A DNA stretch of 64,000 nt from an uncultured virus (IMG/VR IMGVR_UViG_3300029953_000019) (Duplodnaviria; Heunggongvirae; Uroviricota; Caudoviricetes): the IMG/VR virus record IMGVR_UViG_3300029953_000019; one strand, written 5' to 3'. The notes under the pieces are model-generated. The model saw only the letters and a program-made list of their open reading frames with translations, did no database searches and was not told the origin of the DNA. This document shows positions 18,470-28,781 of this stretch, one piece after another. Positions within the stretch are counted from its first letter, which is position 1, and the number at the start of each line of letters is the position of its first letter. A program made the position numbers and the translations under genes.

Positions 18470-18487
18470 AATTCATTATAGCTTAAT

Positions 18488-18799
18488 CTAGATACACTTC
18501 AAAGTAGTTTTACCAGAGCTATCTCTAGTATAATAACAGATTTTATCCACTTTTAATATAGTTTTTGCAACTATATGATCACCCTGGCTTAACATATCTA
18601 GACTGCGTTCAAAGGTGTTCTTATTAGCAGCATAGACTGGTCCAGCACTACAACCACAACCACTCTTCTTTACTGCATCCTGGGCTTTCTTAGCTATGTC
18701 TTTAATAGGAGTAAGACTAGATAAGGCCATTAATTGAGGATATTGGCTTAATAGTCTTATTACATGGTCTATTCCACTTATAGTATAACTGTTACTCAT
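18488..18799 (-). CDS. Hypothetical protein (GCGC motif)
   Basis: Coupled ORF. Confidence 0.6.
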   Translation of the reverse strand: MSNSYTISGIDHVIRLLSQYPQLMALSSLTPIKDIAKKAQDAVKKSGCGCSAGPVYAANKNTFERSLDMLSQGDHIVAKTILKVDKICYYTRDSSGKTTLKCI

Positions 18800-19545
18800 A
18801 TTGTAGGAGGGTTAGGTAGGGTTGTAGGAAGTATATCTGTAATGTTAAAATCCAACCCAATATAAACACGACTATTGTTAATATCATCGTATACTTTAAA
18901 GTGATTCCCTGCTTTTATATAGATTGGGTTGCCAGTATTTGAGGGACTAGCTCCATTAACCGTACTAACTATGCTGCTACAATCATTTACTACACCTTTA
19001 ATATTGATACAAGGTAGTGGATGTCCTTCATTTCTACCCACTTCTATACTTAATTCTTGTTTTTCTGGTAATAAAGTTAATTGATATCCATCACTTAAAC
19101 TCACATTTCCAGTAAGATTATTCCCATTTATATTAAGATTAGTCAGACCTAAAGTGTTGGGGTAAATCTCTATCAAAGTAGTAGGTTCAAATACAGCATT
19201 GACATTAAAGGTAAGATTATTTGATATGTGGGTTGCATCTCCTACTACTAATAAACTATTACTACTATTTCTTACATAATAAGGATAAGTTGCAGTAAGA
19301 TAGTTAGGTATCGTAAATACAGGTTGTCCAGTTATGTTTATGGATAATGCAGTAGTTGTAATTATGGTATTTAAAGTAACCGAACTAGGCACACTACTAT
19401 AGAATAAGCAGGCATCAAGTATCAATGGTTTAATATATATTGTAGTACTCCCTGTAGTGATTGAATAAGGACTATTTGCTACTAAAGGATAATCCCTTAA
19501 AGCATTTTCATTCAGCCACTCTAATATTGTTGAACTATTACTCAT
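18796..19545 (-). CDS. Baseplate/tail protein, YP-motif paralog 5
   Basis: EWLNENALRDYPL; TVNGASP..GN. Confidence 0.65.
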   Translation of the reverse strand: MSNSSTILEWLNENALRDYPLVANSPYSITTGSTTIYIKPLILDACLFYSSVPSSVTLNTIITTTALSINITGQPVFTIPNYLTATYPYYVRNSSNSLLVVGDATHISNNLTFNVNAVFEPTTLIEIYPNTLGLTNLNINGNNLTGNVSLSDGYQLTLLPEKQELSIEVGRNEGHPLPCINIKGVVNDCSSIVSTVNGASPSNTGNPIYIKAGNHFKVYDDINNSRVYIGLDFNITDILPTTLPNPPTI

Positions 19546-20971
19546 AAACTACAGACCTGGCTACATTTAAGTTACTGTCTTTAATAGGTATATTCAAGGT
19601 TAAAGTATTTCCAGTAGTTTGAGCGATGGACATTACTGCATCACCTGTAATAGTAATTTGATTATTATATGGTGATACTCCATTAATAGTTTTTAAAGGT
19701 ATAATGCTATTCAATGTAATAGTAGGTCCTCCAATAAATACAGTGTTTATATTATTCGATAAGTTGTAAGTTGATTGAAAATAAGGAGTTATATAAAGTG
19801 TATTAGTGTTGATATTGTATATATTAAAACTAGTACTATACATATTCCAACCATACAATGCATTATTATAGATGAATATCCCTCCTAACCAAGGAACATG
19901 TTGATTAGCAGTATAATGTATAGAGTTATTTATAGTTGGATCTACTAGAGGGCCTAATAATGTAGAAGTAGCAGTAAGACCACTAACTGTAACAGTATAA
20001 ATAAAGCTGCTAAAATATACAATACTCGGCAATGTACTATAATCTTGTGGACCATTAGTAAAGGTATAAAAAGTACTATTTAGATAAGTTAGTCCTAGAG
20101 TATTAGTTATCCCAGTATCGATTCCAGTATTATTAACGGTATATGGATAATGACCATAGTTATAAAGACTATTGTTTATTAATACCCAAAGATTAGAAGC
20201 ATTATCTGTAGTGATACCAGTTATATTTCCAGTTATATTAGTTAATAATGGTGTAGCTGGAATACTGGATAAATCATAGATGGTAGCTTTATTATATTCA
20301 TTTAATACTCCAATTAAATGAGAACTTTCATCATAGATAATATCATACACCTTATCTAATGTAGTTTGAGGGGAAAGCGTATTATTTACAGTATTTGCTA
20401 GAATGAGTTCCTGGCTAGAGTTAAAAAGGTATGCTTGGTTAGCAGATAATTCTAAAGTTTGTAGATTTGTAGGTAGACTAGCAGCACTGATGGTAGGGTA
20501 GCCGAAGTAGGAGCTAGTGTTATATATTAGATTGTTATCGAAAGCTATACTTACATTCCCTAATAAGCCATTAATACTATATACTCCATTAGTAGAGGTA
20601 ATTGTCCTTACCGTATTATTATTGAAAGCGGCATTTAAAGTAATTATATTACTGTATTTCTTAGCTATTATATCAGATATTAACTGGCCAAATACTAGAC
20701 ATCCGTAGCTTCTATTAATAGTCCTTAGTCTAACTGATACACCTTCAGACAAAGTAGATAATGCATAAGCAAAATCATAAGCTCCATCATCCATTAATAT
20801 ATTTAGTATAAGCTCAGTTTCAGTAATGGTAATAGTATTTAATGTAGGTACAAAATTATCATAGCTAATAAATGATGCATCACAGAATACTCCATTTAAT
20901 CCTCCAGCATTGACTAGAGGATATTCAGTATTATTTATATTTTGCCAGTTAGTTATTCCTATTCCTTGCAT
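19538..20971 (-). CDS. Baseplate/tail protein, YP-motif paralog 4 with inserted domain
   Basis: NWQNINNTEYPL; TINGVSP. Confidence 0.6.
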   Translation of the reverse strand: MQGIGITNWQNINNTEYPLVNAGGLNGVFCDASFISYDNFVPTLNTITITETELILNILMDDGAYDFAYALSTLSEGVSVRLRTINRSYGCLVFGQLISDIIAKKYSNIITLNAAFNNNTVRTITSTNGVYSINGLLGNVSIAFDNNLIYNTSSYFGYPTISAASLPTNLQTLELSANQAYLFNSSQELILANTVNNTLSPQTTLDKVYDIIYDESSHLIGVLNEYNKATIYDLSSIPATPLLTNITGNITGITTDNASNLWVLINNSLYNYGHYPYTVNNTGIDTGITNTLGLTYLNSTFYTFTNGPQDYSTLPSIVYFSSFIYTVTVSGLTATSTLLGPLVDPTINNSIHYTANQHVPWLGGIFIYNNALYGWNMYSTSFNIYNINTNTLYITPYFQSTYNLSNNINTVFIGGPTITLNSIIPLKTINGVSPYNNQITITGDAVMSIAQTTGNTLTLNIPIKDSNLNVARSVVYE

Positions 20972-20972
20972 A

Positions 20973-21794
20973 TTAAGAGTATTGTGGCCAGGTACTATAT
21001 TCTGGATTAACTATGGTATTAATAGGCTCATAGCTAGTCTGGGATGGGTTAATAGGAGGTAGATTGATAGGAACACAAACATTAGACAAGGTTATTCCAG
21101 GTGTAGTTATAATTAGTTGAGTAACTCCATCTACTACACCAGTACTTATTACTAATGGAGATATGGCATAGATATCAATATTTCCATTAAGGTTAGGTAT
21201 TACAGTATTTATACCAGATATTACAAAGTTATTGCAAGATAACTGGGTTGAACTTAAATCCCCTCTAGATAATATATTAACTGGATAAAGGACAGATAGA
21301 TTTAGTTCTGAACCTGTATTTATACCAAGACTAGTACTGGTCAATGTAATAGCACCCGTCATAGTTGTACCTTTGATAGTTATACCAGTTACTAGAGGTG
21401 GTGAGATAATCGTAATAGTGCTTCCTTCAATCAATCCATTAGTATTGTTAAACGAGAATGTTTGCTTAGGCATGATTCTGGCACTATTCCCTATCGTAAC
21501 ATTTCCTATCACTCCTTCATTAAAGTTATAGATGATTAAGTTTTGATTATTTGTAGTAATTACACTATTAGCATAACCTATTGGACCATTATTACCTGCA
21601 AATGTAATCCCTATATTCCCATTATCAGTTACAATCTTGTTAATATATAAATCTAAATCTGATAATAGACAACTTATCTTTAAACCTACTATAATATCGG
21701 TAGGTAATTTATTATTATAAGAATCAAATCCACCGTTAAAATTCCTAAACGGATATTGTCTTAACCAATTGCTCTGTATAAAATTTAATTCCAT
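20973..21794 (-). CDS. Baseplate/tail protein, YP-motif paralog 3
   Basis: NFIQSNWLRQYPF; GINTVIP..GN. Confidence 0.65.
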   Translation of the reverse strand: MELNFIQSNWLRQYPFRNFNGGFDSYNNKLPTDIIVGLKISCLLSDLDLYINKIVTDNGNIGITFAGNNGPIGYANSVITTNNQNLIIYNFNEGVIGNVTIGNSARIMPKQTFSFNNTNGLIEGSTITIISPPLVTGITIKGTTMTGAITLTSTSLGINTGSELNLSVLYPVNILSRGDLSSTQLSCNNFVISGINTVIPNLNGNIDIYAISPLVISTGVVDGVTQLIITTPGITLSNVCVPINLPPINPSQTSYEPINTIVNPEYSTWPQYS

Positions 21795-21795
21795 A

Positions 21796-23472
21796 TTAAA
21801 TTAGCACTATATTCACAGTCTTGCTAGCACTTCCTACTCCAGAAGTAGTAAAAGTTATGGGATATGTACCACTTAAAGTTGCAGCACAGGTTAGAGTTAA
21901 GTAATAATGATTACTATTTACAGGATTAATACTTAAACTAGTAAATCCAGAACCACTATGACTAGCTGTAACTCCATCAAATATAGTCTGATTAAGAGTT
22001 ACTGTACCTACTATTCCTGAAACTGCCAAGCTTAAATTTCCAGTAGTATTAGTTGGATCTAGAAAACCTAAATCAAATGATACTACTTGATAAGCTATAG
22101 GTGATAATATGTTACCTGGAACTGAATAGATGTATTGAACTACATAAGCTAGTGTGAAGTTAAAATTACTTGGGTTTAAAGGCAAAACAAATCCACTTAT
22201 CCCAACACTACTAGTAGTTAATAAAAAGGTTGCATCATATAAAGCAGTTCCTTGATTTAAATGGGACATGCCTGATACTGCCGCTTCTTGTAAAGTCAGT
22301 CCAGCTAATGTAGTAGTGGCACAATTAAATGAAGTATTGAATAATGGAGCAGTACTGGATGAAAATACTGGGGTAGGCTGAACCTTCTTAGTATTATCTT
22401 CCACTAAATAATAAGTTCCACTTACTATAGTAAACTCAGAGGTATTTAAAGATAGTGATAATGAAGTAGTTATAGCTGAATTAGTAGAATAATACACACC
22501 TACAACGATGGTATGATATTGATTAACTATATTAGTAATACTGTTGGCCTGAGCTAATATATATGGAGTAGATGGTTGTAGCTGTGCATTTTGAGTTATA
22601 GTATAGTTAGTAAGCCAGGTATTATAATTGGTATTAGTTGTATTAGCATAACCAGCCATCTGAGTTGTTAAATCTGTAACTCTATTATAGTAGTCAGCAA
22701 AATTGATTATATTAGCTGCAGTACATTCGGGGTTACATATATTTTGTAGATGTAATCCACTTATTCCTGCATAAGAAGAATAGCAGCCATCATTAGTTAA
22801 CACAAAATTTCCCGTACTATCAGCTTCAACCTCATTAATAGTTAAGATTGCACTACTAGCAGGACAATTATCATATTGTCCTTGGCCTAACCCTTGATTA
22901 ACATCAAAAGTACAAGTATTAGGTGTAGTGGTAAAGCCAAGATTTGTTCCTTCACTCAAAGCCAATCCAGTTCCAGGTACTAGTATAGCTCCGGTATCAT
23001 ATATAGTAGTTATTCCTAAACTAGTAGTATTAATCAAAGCTATTCTAGTTATATTAGGAGGTAGTAGTTTTACACAAGATAAACAGATTGAACAACTACC
23101 ATCAAAGGTATAAGTTCCGTAAGATAATCCAGTAAAATAAGTTGTTAATGCAGTAACGTTAATATCTACATATAATACTTTAGTAGAAGTACTTATATTA
23201 AATGTACTTATACAGGCAGGACTAGGTATAGGTACCGTTATTGATAAGCTTGCTGAACCAGTGAAATTAAATATCCAGGAAATAGAACTATACACTATTG
23301 TTGTTAAGGATAGTGAGGAAAATACACTATCCAGAGCTATTAATTGAGCATCGACAATAACATTATTAGGCAGAACTCCACTATTACCGCCACTACTCCA
23401 TATTAATGTAGCTGTATCCCGGAATGGATAGCGAATTTGGCTACATTCATTTTGATATTCTAAAACCTGCAT
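21796..23472 (-). CDS. Baseplate/tail protein, YP-motif paralog 2
   Basis: EYQNECSQIRYPF; TINEVEADSTGNF. Confidence 0.65.
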   Translation of the reverse strand: MQVLEYQNECSQIRYPFRDTATLIWSSGGNSGVLPNNVIVDAQLIALDSVFSSLSLTTIVYSSISWIFNFTGSASLSITVPIPSPACISTFNISTSTKVLYVDINVTALTTYFTGLSYGTYTFDGSCSICLSCVKLLPPNITRIALINTTSLGITTIYDTGAILVPGTGLALSEGTNLGFTTTPNTCTFDVNQGLGQGQYDNCPASSAILTINEVEADSTGNFVLTNDGCYSSYAGISGLHLQNICNPECTAANIINFADYYNRVTDLTTQMAGYANTTNTNYNTWLTNYTITQNAQLQPSTPYILAQANSITNIVNQYHTIVVGVYYSTNSAITTSLSLSLNTSEFTIVSGTYYLVEDNTKKVQPTPVFSSSTAPLFNTSFNCATTTLAGLTLQEAAVSGMSHLNQGTALYDATFLLTTSSVGISGFVLPLNPSNFNFTLAYVVQYIYSVPGNILSPIAYQVVSFDLGFLDPTNTTGNLSLAVSGIVGTVTLNQTIFDGVTASHSGSGFTSLSINPVNSNHYYLTLTCAATLSGTYPITFTTSGVGSASKTVNIVLI

Positions 23473-23475
23473 AGA

Positions 23476-24354
23476 TTAGCACTGACATTGGTAGTTCAGT
23501 AATGTTGTTGCTTGAGTAATAGCAGCTTGCAGGTTATTTGTAAAGTTTCTTATATTGATCACACTAGTCTCCAAGCTATTTACTTGAGTAGTTAGTGTTT
23601 CTATAGCTGTACAACCCAAACAAGTCTGGCCACAATTATCAGCAATAGATAAACCGAATTGTGCAGTTGTTAATGCTACACATTGCTCAGGAATTAGCGT
23701 AAAATTACCATCTGAATTAGGAGGCACCCCATTAATAGTAGTAATAGGGATTTGATTGGAAACACAAATTTTATTTAGTCCTAAATCTTCACCAGCATCT
23801 ATATAGACTACCCCACTACCTAGTCTGAATTGGATGTTACTATGACCATCAATTTGTACATAGCCAGTTTGAGTTGAGGTATTGCCTTTAACATCACTAA
23901 ATGATATCCAGCTAAGTCCTGGATTACTAGGACTATAAACTCTCATTAATAAAGTTGTAGCAGTATAACTAAAGATAAAGTTTCCTGATACTAAATCTAC
24001 TAAATCATCTCCTGAACCAATAGTAATATTCCCAGTAGCTGAGGGGAAGTTTGAACCAGGAATCAAAGATAAATCAGTATTATAGTTAGTTAGTGGTAAT
24101 GTAGTTTGAAATACCCCCATTTCTCCTAAAGTTTGATCAGATATTTCAATAGATAAATTTGTAGGAGAGACAGATACAGCAGAAATATAAAGGCTTAAAC
24201 TCACTGTACCTGGATTACATAATACCAAATCTACAATTAAACTGTTCGGAATAGTAAACAATCCATCCACAGAAGTTCTAGAGCAACCATCCTTAATAGG
24301 GTAGTTACGTAGTGAATTCGTGTTAAGATAATCTAATGTTACCATATTATGCAA
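23476..24354 (-). CDS. Baseplate/tail protein, YP-motif paralog 1
   Basis: DYLNTNSLRNYPI; TINGVPPNSDGNF; C-terminal coiled coil. Confidence 0.65.
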   Translation of the reverse strand: MHNMVTLDYLNTNSLRNYPIKDGCSRTSVDGLFTIPNSLIVDLVLCNPGTVSLSLYISAVSVSPTNLSIEISDQTLGEMGVFQTTLPLTNYNTDLSLIPGSNFPSATGNITIGSGDDLVDLVSGNFIFSYTATTLLMRVYSPSNPGLSWISFSDVKGNTSTQTGYVQIDGHSNIQFRLGSGVVYIDAGEDLGLNKICVSNQIPITTINGVPPNSDGNFTLIPEQCVALTTAQFGLSIADNCGQTCLGCTAIETLTTQVNSLETSVINIRNFTNNLQAAITQATTLLNYQCQC

Positions 24355-26542
24355 TTATCCAAAGAACACCAAGTATACCTATGGAATTACTATAGTTAGA
24401 ATTCACTCTAGCTATTCTGAAGTTTACATATGACCCTCCTGAGAACGCAGAGGCTGGAATAGTGAAATAAGGATTATTGTTTGAATCAGTATAAATAGTA
24501 GTCTGAGTTAAACTAGGGAATAGTGAACCAGGTATACTTACATTAGATAATACTGTAGCACTTGATATGGAAGAGGTATTATAGCTTACTGCATATTCAA
24601 ATGTAAAGGCAGCCGTACCAGAACCAACCGTATTATTATCAGTAAAGCATACTAATTGAATAGAGATTGGCGTATTACTTGGTATAGTAGCAGGCACCAT
24701 AAACTTGCCTACAAACCCCAGCTTTTGATTAACTATAGGATTCTTTAGTCTAAGATATGCATTAAGTCCTTTATATATAAAATCTGCCTCTTCTGGCTCA
24801 ATATCGGCAACTTCTCCGGTTAATGAGAAATTACTAAGTGAAAGGACTAATTGACCTGGTATATTCTGCGTAACTACTAATCCAGGTCCTACCACTACAC
24901 TATTTATTACTGGTGCAGTTTGTGTAGTAGTTAATCCAGTAGAAGTATTATAAGCTATACTTTGTAGTGCAGTTCCATTACCAGTACTTCCTATATTAGT
25001 AATAGGAAGTTGTAGCTGTATATTTAAATTCCCTACCGTAGCAGGTTGACCGGCAGGATTAGTTATGGTTAAAGCTGAGTTAGTCGGTGTTAGACTAGTA
25101 ACTACACTATCACTAAAGTTAGGATTAAGCTTGGTTATAAGCAATTGCAAATCTACTGGACCTGGACTTCCTGACCAAGGTACATAATTGATTTGATTTT
25201 GAGTCCACCATAATCCATTCTCATCTATAATATAAGCTCCGTTAGGGTGGTCAGTATCATTTAAGGTCTGTAATATACCATTCATGAAAACCATGGTATA
25301 AGCTACTGGATAAGCTGGTAAAGCATTCAACAATTCCAAAGCATTATCTTTTTGCAGAGCTGTCAAATAATAGGGTTGAGTATTATCTTCTGTAGTTGCA
25401 ATAATTACTGCAGCAGTAGGAAGATTATAATAGAATTGAGCATTAGTAGGCGGTGTGATTAATAGTACTGATTGAGCATCTGAAGCATTAACCCAACCTA
25501 CTTTATTAGTCATGTCAGTAGTAGCATTTGGATTATGAATAATAGTCCAAACATTAGTATTAACTGAGGTTGTAAGCCAGGCTAGTTGGGGAGGAGCACC
25601 AATAGCTTCAATAGTATAGTTTAGATTAGTAGTTGTATTATTCCATACCATCACTGCTCCGTTATTAGTATTGGGAGAACCGGTTAGTACCCAAGCTAGT
25701 TGGGGTGGGTTATTGACACAGCTAATAGTATAATTAAGTCCATTAGTAGGATCGGTCCAGATTAAACCTGCTCCATTATTGTTAGCATTAATAGCAGTAG
25801 CGGTAACAACCCAGGCTAGTTGGGGTGGGTTATTAACACTACTAATAGTATAATTAAGACCAGTAGTAGTATTATGCCATACAAATAAAGAACCATTGTC
25901 AGCACTAGGTAATGACGGTGTACCAGCTACTAGAGGAGGGACTTCTATTCTATAATTAAAATATAGTTGATTTAAAGAATCAATGTTAGGAGCTAGTACC
26001 AGGCTTTCTGAACCAATATAATAACCTACAAATATACCAGCACCACTAGGATAGATGGTTAATTTACCAGGCTCATTACTAGAGAGATAAAGTGGTCCAG
26101 GTTGTAAAGTCCCTTCAGCTAAACTTGCAGTATCTAGTACCTGACTAAAATCAATACCACTTATCAATCCTCTTACATAAATATCACCATATACTACAGG
26201 ACCGGTTTGCCCTTCATATATATCATCTACTATACCAAATATAAAGGCAGAGGTAGCAGGAATTAGATGACCGGTACTATCAGGTGAATATCCAGCTTGC
26301 GCAGGATATAAGACTGCCTGCCCACTAGAGTTATTAAAGTAAACTGGTGTGCCTGGAGCTAGGTTACCATAAATAGGTTGGTTATAACTGATTAATACAG
26401 TCTTATCTGACTTATTATTCAGCATTTCAAATAGATATTGATCTCTATTAGCTAGTGCAGTAACTACAGGATTAACCGTAGCTTGATTCAATATACTAAC
26501 ACCGTCTGTAAATAACGGCACATTTGCAGTCCATGTACTCAT
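24347..26542 (-). CDS. Baseplate/fibre-attachment protein with three PPQLAW repeats
   Basis: LANRDQYL N-terminal fibre-type motif; internal repeats. Confidence 0.65.
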   Translation of the reverse strand: MSTWTANVPLFTDGVSILNQATVNPVVTALANRDQYLFEMLNNKSDKTVLISYNQPIYGNLAPGTPVYFNNSSGQAVLYPAQAGYSPDSTGHLIPATSAFIFGIVDDIYEGQTGPVVYGDIYVRGLISGIDFSQVLDTASLAEGTLQPGPLYLSSNEPGKLTIYPSGAGIFVGYYIGSESLVLAPNIDSLNQLYFNYRIEVPPLVAGTPSLPSADNGSLFVWHNTTTGLNYTISSVNNPPQLAWVVTATAINANNNGAGLIWTDPTNGLNYTISCVNNPPQLAWVLTGSPNTNNGAVMVWNNTTTNLNYTIEAIGAPPQLAWLTTSVNTNVWTIIHNPNATTDMTNKVGWVNASDAQSVLLITPPTNAQFYYNLPTAAVIIATTEDNTQPYYLTALQKDNALELLNALPAYPVAYTMVFMNGILQTLNDTDHPNGAYIIDENGLWWTQNQINYVPWSGSPGPVDLQLLITKLNPNFSDSVVTSLTPTNSALTITNPAGQPATVGNLNIQLQLPITNIGSTGNGTALQSIAYNTSTGLTTTQTAPVINSVVVGPGLVVTQNIPGQLVLSLSNFSLTGEVADIEPEEADFIYKGLNAYLRLKNPIVNQKLGFVGKFMVPATIPSNTPISIQLVCFTDNNTVGSGTAAFTFEYAVSYNTSSISSATVLSNVSIPGSLFPSLTQTTIYTDSNNNPYFTIPASAFSGGSYVNFRIARVNSNYSNSIGILGVLWIIA

Positions 26543-26545
26543 ATT

Positions 26546-27070
26546 TTAAGAAGCACGAAAAGTTAATCCCCAAGTAATTACTAATCCTTGAGTACTATTA
26601 TATGTAATAGGGCTAAAAGCAATTCTAGAAAATAGCTTATCACCAGAAGAGCTACTCGGAACACTAGCATTGACAAGACCCAAACTAGTAATAAAATTTC
26701 CATTAGGTATTGTAGAACCTGTAATATACACACTAAAATAGACCAGATTTGATGTATAACCTGCTTCATTTGAATAGTTGGGTGAAAATGTTAATGGTAT
26801 TCTAGTAAATGTACTACCAAAACTAGTTACCGTATCATTGACTGTTACTGTAGGAATAGCCCCTACATTATCATTAGCTACATACATATGAGTAATACCA
26901 GTATTAGGTAATCCACTCAATGCTTTGGCTGTAATGTCTGCTCCACCTAAAACAATAGTGTTCTGTTGTTCAAGTATCAGTTCTTTACTACCTTCAGGAT
27001 TAACACGCCATATCCGAACTCTACCAAATGCATCTTTATTTACAGTATAGGCTTTATCTAAATAGTCCAT
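26546..27070 (-). CDS. Baseplate wedge/fibre-collar-like protein
   Basis: NTIVLGG..THMY..LFSRIAF..ITW pattern. Confidence 0.6.
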   Translation of the reverse strand: MDYLDKAYTVNKDAFGRVRIWRVNPEGSKELILEQQNTIVLGGADITAKALSGLPNTGITHMYVANDNVGAIPTVTVNDTVTSFGSTFTRIPLTFSPNYSNEAGYTSNLVYFSVYITGSTIPNGNFITSLGLVNASVPSSSSGDKLFSRIAFSPITYNSTQGLVITWGLTFRAS

Positions 27071-27110
27071 AATAATGATAATAACAGTTTTATTCTAGCA
27101 TCTCAATGTT

Positions 27111-28781
27111 TTAAGATGCAATAGTTAAGCTCACACCAGTAATTGGTGAAATAGGATTAGTTACAATAACCCGGCTCGGACTCATATCTTTAATCAGCAA
27201 TCCTGAACCTGAGTTAAATGATACTAAATCGTTAGTCTTTTGTAGTGGTTGATAAGTCCTCATTCCATCATCGATCACTTCAGTATTCATCTGGTAAATT
27301 TCATCTCCAACATTACCAATATCACATAAAACTATCAAGAATATATTAGGAGGCAGCATATCCTTTACTGCTTCGAAATATTGTTGAAATGCTGCAACTT
27401 GGTCAGTAGTAAAGAACTTTATCCTTAATAGAGCGGCACAACTCTTTAATATGCAATTAAATATGAAATTTACTGGATTAATTACATTAACTGGATTTGA
27501 ATTGGATAGAGGTGGGGATATTTGAGTATTAACCAAGTTTAAAAATGCTGTATTTTTTAATGATGCTTGATAGTTAGCTACGTCAGTTGGATTGCCTATT
27601 ACTGGGAAGATAGGAAATCCATTATTATCCAAAGAGATTGGTTCCAGATCATTATTGAATTGAACTGAATAATTAGCAGAGACTAATATCATACTAGCAG
27701 GTAATACTAAAGGAACCAGAGATAATCCAGTAACAGGTACTAATAATCCTGATTGATGTGTAGGGTCAATTACATATCTAGTTGTAGGCGTAGATATATT
27801 AATACCTAATTGTGTCTGCCACCAATTAGCAGTATTTACTTCATCATATACTTCTACTACTTCTACTGGAACATCACCTATATTCAATACAGAACTTACA
27901 ATTATACCAGGTTTGATGGTATATGTATTTGGATATCTATAAGCTCCAGTATTAGTTACAAATACATTATATCCATTATCACTTAATATGGATTGGATAG
28001 TTGATTGCTGAGTAATGACCGGCAAGCCTAGACTACTAAGAGCAATTGCTTTTAGATCATTTATGGTAGGTCCATTAGTAAACATTTGTACTACACTTGC
28101 TAATACTTGTTTACCTAGTTCTGAATGAGGGACATCAAGGCCGAATAAATAACCTATATTGTATTTTAAACTCTCACTATCTATGGCCGCATTATAACAC
28201 CATAGAGTAAGTAATCTATCTCCAGAATCTGTACCGTCAGAATTATAGATGATAGTTGGAGTTACCCCAGGTATGGTAAAAGGGTTTCCATAAAAGAATA
28301 ACCTTTCATTTATTAATTGAAAGTTCTGACCATTAACCCATACATAGTTAGGATTGATTATCTGATCTACTATAATAGAAGTTAACATCAAGCTATTAGG
28401 TAGAATTACACTATAAACATTGGTATCTTCAGGTATGGGGGCTCCGAATAAATACGGATTCCCCATCACTTCAGCTCCAAACAATACATTTTCACCAAAT
28501 AATAAGGTGTTATTATCCATTGCCGATAAATATATGTAAATAGGATACCAATTTTGATGATCAAATATACTTATCTGTTTACTACTATAACTATTAATCA
28601 ATTCAAGCATGTTAGTATATGCTTGTTGTGCTGCCGCTGCTTGCCCAGAAGTCAACCCAGTAATAACTTGTTGCTCACTAAATACTCGCTGCCAGAAATA
28701 GCCTAGAGAATTGAACAAATATCTACTATCGGTAGCATTGTTACCAGGATAAATATCTTGATTGTAACTTAAGAAGCTCAT
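27111..28781 (-). CDS. Baseplate wedge protein
   Basis: Follows the baseplate J-like gene. Confidence 0.6.
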   Translation of the reverse strand: MSFLSYNQDIYPGNNATDSRYLFNSLGYFWQRVFSEQQVITGLTSGQAAAAQQAYTNMLELINSYSSKQISIFDHQNWYPIYIYLSAMDNNTLLFGENVLFGAEVMGNPYLFGAPIPEDTNVYSVILPNSLMLTSIIVDQIINPNYVWVNGQNFQLINERLFFYGNPFTIPGVTPTIIYNSDGTDSGDRLLTLWCYNAAIDSESLKYNIGYLFGLDVPHSELGKQVLASVVQMFTNGPTINDLKAIALSSLGLPVITQQSTIQSILSDNGYNVFVTNTGAYRYPNTYTIKPGIIVSSVLNIGDVPVEVVEVYDEVNTANWWQTQLGINISTPTTRYVIDPTHQSGLLVPVTGLSLVPLVLPASMILVSANYSVQFNNDLEPISLDNNGFPIFPVIGNPTDVANYQASLKNTAFLNLVNTQISPPLSNSNPVNVINPVNFIFNCILKSCAALLRIKFFTTDQVAAFQQYFEAVKDMLPPNIFLIVLCDIGNVGDEIYQMNTEVIDDGMRTYQPLQKTNDLVSFNSGSGLLIKDMSPSRVIVTNPISPITGVSLTIAS

